The notes under the pieces were generated by a model. It saw only the letters and a program-made list of their open reading frames with translations, was not told the DNA's origin and did no database searches. DNA of 64,000 nt from Adineta vaga (taxonomy: Eukaryota > Animalia > Rotifera), in NCBI GenBank assembly GCA_021613535.1, contig CP075497.1:10106001-10170000 (forward strand), given 5' to 3'. Each line of letters starts with the position of its first letter. The stretch's first letter is position 1. A program made the position numbers and the translations under genes. Positions 16,206 to 28,896 of this stretch are shown here, piece after piece.

Positions 16206-19200
16206 CATCATCATCATCATCATCATCAATATCTGAATCAACTTCGACAATTTCAGTTTCTTTAGCTGTTTTAAGACGTTGTTCATCAACGAGTGATATA
16301 TCAGATGTTGGACGATAGACAATAGGTGCATCAAGTTGATCCGATGATGATGTTGCTGTTAAATTGATTGAATTCAATGATGAAGATGGATCAGGAGTAA
16401 TGCTTAAGGCAGGATGATTGTGATTGGGAGTAGAATCTCGGCGTCTAGAACAAAAATATCCGTTTTTAACAGAAAAGTTTTTACACTTATTTCTACATAC
16501 CTTGGTTTTAACTTGATGTAACCATCCGGAATATATCCTAACTCATTTCCACCAGCTAAATATCCTTGCCACCATTCATGATTCATTTTTTTAACAATAT
16601 AAATAATTTGACCTTTTTTAAATGATAATTCTTTATCAGTTCTTCCACTATAATCAAATAATGCTAGTGCTTCAATCGTTTCCGCTTCTAAAAACAAAAG
16701 CAACAAGATAAAAGTTATGCTCAACAAAAGTTCCAATCAATTTCAATATACAAACACAAAAAGCAGAGTTGTATAGCTTTAGGAAAGAAAAGAAATGCGG
16801 AAGCCATGCTCATCATGCTCGCGTTTATCAAAGATTGTTCTGCATAAGTGCAAAGAATATTTATCTTCGAGAGTAAAAACGAAAAGCTCTTTAGTTAATT
16901 TTTGTCTTCTCATTTTTTACCAAACATCAGTCTCATTAATTAAATTTAGATCTTCGGTACAATAATCGGAATCTTGCGAGATGCTAGAATAGTTTTCAAG
17001 AGAGTATTTTTTCATCACTCGAATATTATTCTTTCTTACCATCATCACTTGGTGTTCGTCGCAATGATCGTTCACTGATTCCTTCATCATCTTCATCTTC
17101 TTCACCATCACTAAAATATTAAAACAAATCCGTCTTTTAAAACTATTTTTCTCCTTATGTCCTATCTTACATTGGAACCATAATAGCAAATTTTTCATAG
17201 ACAGGTCCATCGCCATCTGATGGAAAGATTTCTTCATGATGTATAATTATTATTCGAATCAATTCTATTGTATGTGTTAGGTATTGAACTTGATCTTTAT
17301 CTTCAGGTATTGGCATCAATGTAGGTGTTAAACAACTAGCTAAATTTGATGCATCCATCATATTTTCATCCGAATATTCTGCGAGACTACAAATTAAAGA
17401 AGGTCATTTCATTTTCGAAAAAGAAGTTCAGTACTTACTGATTGAGAAAAGCAAAAAAGTAACGCATAACAATAAAGATTGGACGAGGAAGTAGTTTCAC
17501 CACTTGACAAACATTGTCCACACATTTTTCTTCAGATTCTACATCAACTGAAATACACAAACATGATCGAATTATGATTCAATGAGAAGAATATCTCCTT
17601 ACCAATACATCCAATAAATGAATCAAACATATCTCGAGCAAATAGAGGTTCTTTTAATTCTCGAAAATATAATTTTAATACACCAGCAACAGAATTCATA
17701 TCACGTCCAGTAATATTTACTAATGGATCTTCACCTTTTTCAAAGGCTTCTTTGAATTGATTAATATCCACTTGTGCACCCGGTACTCGAAAGATACCCT
17801 TAAAAAACATCTTATATATTACATTATCTAATTTTCATTTTTCAATCATCATTATAGACTAACTGAAGAACTTTACTAATGTTCTGCGAAACATGTTAGA
17901 TTCGAGTTTTTACAAACCTGATTGTGCAAACCCAATCGATTAATTGCACTAACACATGATGAAATAATCAATGGTACATGTTGTTGAGTAACTTGAATAT
18001 AATCCAATAATTTTCCACCAAATAATCGTGGACGACCAAGGATCGGTGCACGACCAATTTGTTTTGGTTTTATTGGTCGTCGTATCAAACTAAAATATAA
18101 TTCATTAATCATTTTCAACTTTGGACAAATTTCATACTTTTTATCTTCAACACCGGCAGTAACTGGTGCAGTACCCAATGCTTTCTGCATAATATCATGA
18201 CGAGCTTGTAAACGTGCAATTAAATTACTGCTTAATGTATATTGTTTAAATTTCTAGAGAATAAAACTATAGATTACAAGTGACAAAAATGATACGATTA
18301 TTCTAACCTCAACATAGTAATCTTCAATTTCTTTTCTTGTATCTTTCGAAATATTTTGTGGTAAATTAAGATCTTTAAATAAATCCGATACATCAGAATT
18401 TTTCGTATTTATATATTCCATTAATGATTGTTCAGTCGCTTCGATTGTTTTGAATATCTAATCAAGAAGAAAAAAAAAGAAATCAAATAAATATTTATAA
18501 AATGATAATTATAATATAGTAGTTCTCTATGTCCTTGCCCAAAGCAATCATTTCAATCTTTGATGTTTACACAGTGTTGCTCAATGGTTATTCATGCATG
18601 ATTAGAAGACAAGCGAAAGAAAAACTAACCTCGTCATTTTCAGTCTTTAATCCAGCAAGTCGACTTTGCATTTGTAGAAAACGTGATTGCATTTCATCAC
18701 GAATTAATACTTGAGCATTAACAGCTGTTACTTCATCACCTTTATGTGGTTCGAATTTGATTTTTTTAAGAATTGTAAATACTGATGCATAATGTTCTAA
18801 ATATTTCTGTTTATCAGTAACTGTATCCAAATCACCAATAGCTCGATTTAATGTTTCAATTGTTCTAGAAAAAAAAAAGAAAAAGAAAATGAATTCATTT
18901 GTTATTGTTTTGTTCTTTCCTAAGAAACATACGTTTGTCGACCACGTTTTATATTTTCTTGTGCAGATAAATACATTTGAATTGTTTTAGCAATAGATGT
19001 ATGAAAACCAAAATTGATACAATCAATTAGATCTGGTACATCATCCAAACAATATTTTTGTAATGCAGCATTAACAGATTCAATGGTCATGAGATAATCA
19101 TTACGAGCTTTGAATGCTTTGACTTTTGTTTCCGTATATTTCATTTGTCTCTATGAAAATAGAAAAGACAAAATTTATTTTAACAAAAAAACCCCATTGC

Positions 19201-21301
19201 TTTTGTTTTGAAATCTTTACTTTTTCTACACGATTTTCCATTGATTTTTGTTTTTTTGCATTTTTTATTTTTGCCATCTGTTGTTGAATATTTCGTAACT
19301 TTTGTTCGGCCTGTTTACTCTCACTCTGATACTGATGATAGGTTTTCATTGTCTAAATAAATATGCACATATGTAATCAACATGTTCGACAGATAAAAGA
19401 TAATAAATATCCTACTTACACTCTGCAATTCATTAAGTACTTTATAGATATCTTCATGACTAGCTAAACCCACGGATTTACACTAAAAAACAAGTATTCA
19501 TTGATTTATTTTTTCTTAGAAAAATAATAATATTAATGAAAATACTTTTGTAAACATTCGTCGTGTATCTTCAGCAATTTCATTAAATTTCTCGTACATA
19601 TATTTTCCACAAACATCCGACATAATTGTATGATATTTGACATGAGTACGTGTATCTTGAACGATCGTATCCCATAATTTATAAACTGATTGAAGAATCC
19701 AAGTTTCTCGTCTAAATTCGAAGAGGTTTCTGTTTGATTTTGTTCAATTAGTTTTGTTTTTGTTACCTTGCTTTTTGTGCTCGATGTTTTTGACCAACTT
19801 GTTTATGTAAATTATCAAGATTTTTTGCATAATCAAGTTCGACATCAGCACGGCGTTTGAAATATTCTTGAATTTCAGCGAGTATTGCTAATTGAGTTTC
19901 AATACGTTGTTCCAAACATTTTAATTGTTCATTAAGTTGAAACCGAATATCTATTTAACAAAATAAAAGAAAACACAATAAATTATTATTTACTTCAGTT
20001 TCAAATTCTTTTTTACGTAGTCGATAACGTTCAGTTTGCTTTCGTAATAGGGTTAATTGAGAATTTGATGAACGTCGGACACTATTTTTAGTTGATGCGA
20101 CGCCGCATGTATAGTTCACCATTGTAGAATAGACAACTATATTCTAATTGTTCACTCGTGAGTCTGCATGATGATTGAATGAACGCGTAAGTAAAGGACC
20201 TTTTCTCCTCTTTTTCTTCTGTTCAACGACGACGACGACGATGTCGAGGTCTAGTGTATCACTTTATGTATATGTCTGCCCTGCATCAGAGTAATAGCAA
20301 ACATTTGTTCACATAGATATGAACGATGAAAGAGGAACAATGCTATATTCCAATGAGGCAAGCACATTTAACATCAACACGAACGAACCGGTCAACGGTC
20401 TTATTCACATTTTATATTCTTCTTTCTCTTTATGCTTCTTCTTCTTTTTTTCTTTCGTTCTGTCTTTCTTTTTTTTACTCGACATCTCTTATTCATCAGA
20501 TATACGATACCTTTCTACGTATGATTGTTTGACTTTTTCTTATTTCTTCCAAGTTCAATCAAGATAGTTTTCATTATTAAAAATCGATGTCTTCTCTTGT
20601 CTTCAATTAACGCTTAAATAACAAATTAAATGACCTGTGAGCAGTCGTCTTACCGATAACATCACGAACAATACTTTTGCGTGATTAAACAAAGTCTTAA
20701 TCGAATCATTTAATAATGGCTTCAGGCATGCTCTCAACTACTTAATATCTTAATTCATCTTGTCAGATTTTCCTTTACAGGGAGAAACTTAAACTTATCA
20801 TTCTTTCCTTCTATTCTTTTTTTAATCTTAACTTGTTGACTTCAATTTATCATCATCATCATCGACAACTCGGATGTCAAGTGAGAATAACAACAAGGTT
20901 TCATATCTCATTCATAGTTGTTGATATACAACACTCTGTATGTATATGATGGGAGAAGGACGTGTGGGTATATTGCCCTTTCGAACTTGATATCCTCCTA
21001 CTCACACCCATTGATTATAGTAAGTGATGAGGAGAAGATGAAGACATAAATGATGGATACCTTTAACAATTTGATCGAATTCGAATAAAATTTGTTTGCC
21101 TTTCTTTTGAAATTTTTCGATATGTTTATCTTCATTAAATTGTGCTGGTGATGCAGGTACTGATGTTAATGATAATGGCGGAGGCGATGGTGTGTGTGGT
21201 TGAGCATTTAACGGATGTATGGATGATGAAGTGGAATTGATTAGATTCGACTGCATCTTACCATTGTTAGTAGCATGATTATTTGATTCACTTGTCGACA
21301 T
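15337..21301 (-). CDS. SLIT-ROBO Rho GAP (srGAP) family: F-BAR - RhoGAP - SH3 - low-complexity tail
   Basis: F-BAR start KKGKQILFEFDQIVK|DIRFQLNEQLKCLEQR and YFKRRADVELDYAKNL. RhoGAP GLHNQGIFRVPG, NSVAGVLKLYFREL and ENMMDASNLA. SH3 ALALFDYSGRTDKELSFKKG..EWWQG..GYIPDGYI. The 5' end may extend upstream; a possible alternative first exon starts at about 20122. Confidence 0.92.
16178..16227 (-). repeat. Coding trinucleotide repeats (poly-Asp/poly-Asn) in the srGAP tail
   Basis: (tta)n(tca)n on the + strand encodes DDDDDDDDNNNNNNNDN on the - strand. Confidence 0.85.
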
Positions 21302-23282
21302 TACATCTGAAATAACAATAACTGCAATGATAAAAGAAACGGAAATGTTCGACAATAATCTTCATATCTAGCTCAATCTCCTTCTTTTCTCATGTTCTTT
21401 GATTATCGAGGCAAAGAAAATAGACACGAGAGTACCAGTAGATAAACAAGAGTCAGAGAGAAAAAGGAATGAAGAAGATACCCTGTGGAAATCTACATAA
21501 GAAACAATAAAGGTGATAATGACTTTTCTTTCTTTTTCTCCAGGATTCATATTCTTTGCATTAACGACTACTCAATAGTGAAGACAAGGCATAAAAAGAT
21601 CTGTAGAAGAAAATAAGCAAGAGAGGGATAGAGAGAGAGAGGGGGGAAGAAGAAATTCTTTGCGATATCTTCATTTCTGCATACATAACTTTAGCGACAT
21701 TTTTTGATAAGCGAGTGGCATAAGCAATGGAATTGAATAAACAACAGCAAACGGCTAACTACTAGTTGAAACAACAGACGTAATACAATCGGTACTAACA
21801 AATTTCTTTCGCCGCTCTCATTTCTATCTTTTATGCAATTACCATATATCGTTAAACTATGCCTTGTCTCTCTTCACGTGCGTAGAGATGTGCCAACAAT
21901 AAATACTAATATCAAGGGCAAACAATTGCCGTGATGAAGTCAAAAAATCAGTAGCATGATATATAACCTCTACGTTGTCTTTCATCATCATCAGAAAATC
22001 TCGAAATAATCATAATAATGATGCTGTTGATAAGTAAGATGCAAAGAGCAAGGGTTTAATGATACCTTAATGAAAAAATACAACTGATAGAGAGAAAAAG
22101 AACTCTTTCAACTATCATTTATTTGAAAAAATATTTTTCTATTTTTTTACTTGATACAATCAAAACATTTGTAACATTTTCATGGACGACTAAGAACAAT
22201 TAATGGAAGATAAGAAACATAACATCGATATTATATAAAAACAGAGCACGATCATCAACTATTGATCATTCTATATGCACATATATATCTCTTTTCCTTT
22301 GAGATCATAGGTTTATTTTCTTTAATAGACACGCACGTCGTCGTCGTCTTCGTCTTCGCATTCATTAAATATACATATGTACGTAATTAATATTAGGTAT
22401 TCAATGAGAAGAAATGCGTAGGATATATAATAAATATATCTTGAAATACAAAAGAAATCGATCAAGAAGGAAATGAATCTGCTCTCTTCGGAGAGGAAAC
22501 TACTTTTATTCTTCTTCTTTCTTTTAACAATAGAATACAGTACTGTCTTACGATTTCTTTTTGTCGATGATAAGTTTGTAGTTAAATAATCGGAAATTGA
22601 GACCAATTGCTTGATGATTGATAAACAAAAGAAAAGAAAAAAGTCAATATGAAGAATGAATGAACTATTTGTTGACTCATTGTATAGATGAACTGGACAA
22701 TGAGTTCATGTTGATTCGTCGAAAAGTAGCCATCATAGATTTGAAATTTCAGACAAGCCAATATGTTTATCTAACTGACATCTATCGGTTCATACATATC
22801 ACAACATGAATTGATTCAAGTGAGGAGATACAGTGGAGAAAAAAACCCCGAATATCACGTTCGATATTAATGTAAGCATGTAAAATGGTTTCGTGTTTAA
22901 GATTATATGAAAGTATCTTCAATATAAGATTACATTTTATGATAACTTTGTAACAAATTTCTATTCTGACTAGGAAAGTATACGCGTAAAAGCAAAGTAG
23001 TCGGTCATATCTTACTATTTAACGATAATATTCATTCTGCTCTGAAATTTTTTCACATTTATCTATTGTGAATATAAAGTTAATAGAACAAATACTGTCC
23101 ATAATAAGATAGACAAGTAACTGATTCACCAAGTCATCCAGGGCGTTGTGAAAAGTGCATTTGGGTAAAATTCATCTATTATTCTTATTATTCTTTCTCT
23201 CTGTCACTCTTGTCTAATGTATTCGTCTATAAAACATACGAAACAACGAGAATATACGTCATAGATATTTCAACATACGAGC

Positions 23283-26200
23283 ATGCGGGATAATAATATA
23301 GTACAACTAGATCCTTTCCATGAATTCAATATTTCACGTCAAGATCTGGAATTGTTAATGCAGACATATCATGATGATGGTTTAAAGGAACTCAATGAAA
23401 CATTTGGTGGTTTAAGTGGATTAGAGCAGAAGTTACAAACAAATTTTCTAACAGGTTTAACAGGTAATCCAATAGATTTGGTGAGACGAATGAAAATATT
23501 TGGTCGAAATGAAATTCCACAAAAGTCTTCGAAAAGTTTTTTTCGTTTAATGTTTGAAGCTCTACAAGATGTTACTCTTATTATTCTTATGATTTGTTCA
23601 ATAATATCATTTGGTCTAACATTTTATCATCCTGATCATCATTTATTTGAATTTCAATTAAAAAAACACAGTAAAACATCGGCTGATTACCTTTTTTATT
23701 TTTTGGAAATATTCACTTTTTTTCTTCTTTGTAGAAGAAACAAATGTTGAATGGATAGAAGGTGCTGCAATCATTTTCGCTGTATTTGTCGTTATATTTG
23801 TTACTGCTTTTAATGACTGGAGTAAAGAAAGACAATTTCGTGGTTTACAAAATCGTATTGAACAAGATCAAAAATTTAATCTTATTAGAAATAATCAATT
23901 AGAACAAGTGCATTTAAAAAATATCGTTGTTGGAGATATTTGTCAAATAAAATATGGAGATCTATTACCAGCCGATGGTCTTGTTATACAATCAAATGAT
24001 TTAAAAGTAGATGAATCTTCATTAACAGGAGAATCAGATCTTATATCAAAGAATCTTCATAAAAATCCCTTTCTTCTTTCTGGTAATTAATTCTAGTTGA
24101 ATTAATTTGGAATTCATATAAGAGAAAGATTTATTCTAGGTACACATGTAATGGAAGGTAGTGGAAAAATGTTAGTTATAGCAGTTGGTGAACATAGTCA
24201 AACCGGTGCTATTTGTAGTCTACTTCGTTCACCGATAAAAACAAGTAAAAGAGTTTACTTGATTATTTTTCTATAAAAATAAAAATTCTTTTATTCTTCT
24301 TCAAAGAAAATGATACAACAAAATCTCAGGCAACAACTGAAATAGTGTTGAATCGAAAGAAAAATAAAGAACGATCAATTTTACAAACAAAATTAACAAA
24401 ATTAGCGATTCAAATTGGTTACGTTGGTATGTACAATAAATATATACTAGTTTTCAATACAATGAAATGAAATATTCAGGAATGATTGTTGCTGTACTAA
24501 CTGTTCTTGTTCTTATTGCACGATTTTCTTGGGAAGAATTTTTTATAAGACGTCAATCATGGAATAGCAAATATTGGAATCGTTTTATTCGTTATATAAT
24601 AACTGGTATTACTGTTCTTGTTGTAGCTGTTCCAGAAGGTTTACCATTAGCAGTAACCATATCACTTGCTTATGCTGTTAAAGTTCGTAAATCTTGATTC
24701 TTATATCGAATTGAAAGTTTATCATTTTGTTTTTTAAAGAAAATGATGCATGATAATAATCTTGTTCGTCATTTGGATGCATGTGAAACTATGGGTAATG
24801 CAACAACTATATGTTCGGATAAAACAGGAACATTAACAACAAATCGTATGACAGTTGTTGAGATTTATATTGCGAATAAACATTGGAAGAATGTTAATAA
24901 TCTAACACAATTGAAAGAAATGTTATTGCCTGAAACAACTAAAGATATACTTTGTGAAGGAATATCTGTGAATAGTAGTTATACATCAAAATTAGTGGTA
25001 TGATGATTGAATAAGATTTGAAAAAAATGTTTTTGTTTTGTTTTTAAGCTACCAACAGAAAAAGAAGTTCTACCAAAACAAGTTGGAAATAAAACTGAAT
25101 GTGGTCTATTAAATTTTGTTGTTGAAATCAATGGCAATTATGAAGATATTCGTAGAAATTATCCGGAAGAAAAATTTCTTCGTGTCTATACATTTAATTC
25201 AATTCGTAAATTAATGTCGACAGTTATTCAACGACCAGATACAATACGGTTACATATGAAAGGTGCATCGGAAATCGTTTTACAAAAATGTACAACAATT
25301 TTAGATGAAAATGGAAATCTTATTCCATTGACAAAAGATGATTATTATCATCTTTTAAATAATGTTATCGAACCGATGGCTTGTGATGGTTTACGAACAA
25401 TTTGTATTGCTTATAAAGATTTTCATGAAATACCAAGTGATTGGAATGATGAAATAACTGTATTCGAAGATTTAACATGTGTTTGTATTTGTGGTATTGA
25501 AGATCCTGTTCGACCAGAAGTAAGTATTTTGATTTTGTTTCTATTTTCGTTCATTGATTTGTGAATAGGTTCGACAAGCGATTCAACAATGTAAAGATGC
25601 TGGAATCACTGTTCGAATGATTACAGGTGATAATGTTAATACAGCACGATCAATTGCATTAAAATGTGGTATCATATCACCGACAGATCATTTCCTTGTA
25701 CTTGATGGAAAAGAATTCAATCGACGTATACGTTCAAATCGATTTGAGAATGTTGATCAAGATTTATTTGATAAAGTTGGTCCAAATTTACGTGTATTAG
25801 CACGATCTTCACCACAAGATAAATATCTTCTTGTGAAACATCTTGTTGAATCGAAATATTCTAAGACACGTGAAATTGTTGCTGTAACAGGTGATGGAAC
25901 AAATGATGGTCCCGCTTTAAAAAAAGCAGATATTGGATTTTCTATGGGTATACAAGGTACAGATGTTGCAAAAGAAGCATCCGATATAAGTAAGTTCAAA
26001 GTTTTGAAGATAGGACAACTATTTATTTGATTGTTTTTCTTTTGGCAGTTTTAATTGATGATAATTTTACTTCAATTGTCAAAGCAATTATGTGGGGAAG
26101 AAATGTAACAGATTCTATCTCGAAATTTCTTCAATTTCAATTAACAGTTAACGTAGTTGCCTTAGCTTGTGCATTTATCGGTTCGTGCATTGTGAAAGAA

Positions 26201-27579
26201 AGTCCATTACGTGCTGTACAAATGCTTTGGGTTAATTTAATCATGGATACATTAGCTTCATTAGCACTTGCTACTGATCTACCAACCATCGATTTATTAA
26301 AAAGAAAACCAAATGGTCGAAATTATTCTTTAATAAATCAACGAATAGCAAAAAATATTATTTTACAAGCAATTTATCAATTAACAATTATACTTTTTCT
26401 TTTATTCGCTGGTAGGCCTTTTTTTCTAATTAGATAACAAAAAAGAATAAAAAAACGTTTTTCTTTCCTATGAATTTCAGGTCCTCGTGTATTTGATATG
26501 CAAAATGGTCATCCAGGACCTGATGGATACATTCCATCGGAACATTTTACAATGATATTTAATGCCTTTGTCCTGATGACACTATTCAATGAAATCAATT
26601 GTCGAAGAATCTATGGAGAAATCAATGTTTTTCGTCAGATTTTTGCCAATAAAATGTTCTGTATAATATGGTTAACAACATTTATTTTACAAATTATTCT
26701 TATTCAATATGGTTCGTTAGTATTTTCATGTGTTCAACTATCAATCGATCAATGGATGTGGTGCTTTTTATTTGGTATTGGTACTTTATTATGGAATCAG
26801 GTTAGATTAGGAGTAATCCTTGAACTGATGGCATATTAATACTAATCTTCTATTTTTCTAAGATAGTTTTTTCGCCTCAGGGGAAACAAAGAGAAGAGAA
26901 AGCTTTTTTCTACATACGTCACCAATGCTAGTTAACCATGGAATCGTTTTGACTGACATGCTTTTCTTTTTTGTTCATCTAGATTATCAATCTCTTACCG
27001 CTTCCATCATGTCCTTGTTTTTCTCAATGGAAGAAACGATCGAATACAAATATCAATGGTGTAGACAACAATGCCTATGAGCATTGCAATGAATCCAAAC
27101 TTGTTCGATCACCCGTTAGCTGTGATTTAAATACAAGTGATGATGAAATTAAAAGCTTTCGTATTTTATGGTTAAGAAATATCACACGTATTCAAATACA
27201 GGTAAAGAAAAGAAAAACAAATTTCTAGTTGATCGCGTTATCGGAAATAGAAAATATGGATTCGTTAAAACGGATACGACTAAAAACTAATATTTCCTCG
27301 ATAAAAAACTTCCTTTTGTTCTATTGATAAAAATACCTGAGGATAGATAATTTATACAGCTATTAGGATTGACCGATTTTATTTATATTTTCAACCTTTC
27401 AACTCGAATTCCATCGAATATCCTTATTGAAATATCATCGATTGATTTATTCATGTAGATTAATCAATTATTTCTTCTTTTAGCTTCGTGTAATTCGTGC
27501 TTTCCGTAAACATTTACTTATCAGAACGAAACACAATCCTAATCGACATGAAAATCAAATTAATTTTTCAATCATTTAA
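23283..27579 (+). CDS. Plasma-membrane Ca2+-ATPase (PMCA, P2B-type, ATP2B family)
   Basis: [25 protein letters not shown], phosphorylation motif [51 protein letters not shown]. CaM-binding tail [13 protein letters not shown]|LRVIRAFR. Ends FSII* at 27579. Confidence 0.96.
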
Positions 27580-28896
27580 CTTAATTTTGTTTTCTTTTTT
27601 TATTATATTTTTTTGTTTATTTGTTTGTAGTTATTATAAAGAAAAGAAGAAAAGATTTATTTGATGATAATGATGAGAGGTATGATGAATTGTTTATAAT
27701 GGATAAGAATATCCATACATAAATTAAAAAACAAAACGAACAAAGATATGAATGAGTGTTACTTGTCATCAACTGATAGAACTAATCTGTCGAATTCGAC
27801 TTGATAAGTCGGATGTCGTTGGAAATTCATTTTCTTATTTTCGTTGATCTCTCTTTTTTGTCGAACAATTTCCGGTATAAAACAAACAAAGAGATTAAAT
27901 ACAAGGCCAATGAAAGACGTAAATTGAAAGAGGAGAATTTTGAAAAAACTGAAGAATGATAGTGCTAATAATCAAAGTCAGTGGAATACAATTGGTACAG
28001 CTGTTCGAAGACATAATTGGTAATATGATGATATGAAGCGTGTGATGATAACGATATGTTTTCTCTGTTTTTCTTTTTGTCGGTAATTACCTAAGCTAGT
28101 GGCCGAGCAAAAATTAGCATAAGGGAAAAGCCGAAGGAGAAGAAAGTATCAGATAAAAAGAAGAAGAAGAAGAAGAAGAGAGGAGAAAAAATTCACTTGC
28201 ATTTTTTCTTTTTTACTTTGTCAATCCCTTACTCGTTATTACTCGTCGACTGACTCATTAACGAATGGTAAACTATAAAGCCGAAAGTCCTTTTTATTAA
28301 AAAAATGAGCTCTAAACCTTTCCTTTCCTTCTTTTTCTTCTTTCTTATTTTTGATTTCTCAATAATTACGTCATTCTCTTTTTCGCTGATGTATGAACAA
28401 ATGATGAATACGTTTGATTTGCTTTGTTTTTCTTTTTATCATAGAATATTTTAACAATGAATATTAACAATCACAACAAACACAGCGGGTAGATGTTACT
28501 ATTCTAAGGTTTTTTTGTATTTATAAACGTGCGCGCGAAAAAATAACAAGAAAGAAAATCTCCATAAAATGCTGCTGTTTTGAATCTATTTCATTCAAAC
28601 ACACCAGTTTAGATGTGTGTGCAACGGTTAGTGCAAGCATCCTTTACTTCTATGCACGCATCTATACAAGAGAGAAAACGGGTGCAACGACGACGCGACA
28701 CAATATTATAGAAAAAAAACGCGAGAGAAGAAAAAGAAAACGAAGAAGAAGGAGAAGAAGAAGAAGAAGAAGAATAAAAGCAGTAGTAGTAGTGTCATAA
28801 CGATCATCATCATTACTATCACTTCAATAATTGAATATGAACAAGTCGAACCATTTCGATTTGTCGTCATCGAATACGAAACCTGAACATTCCTCC

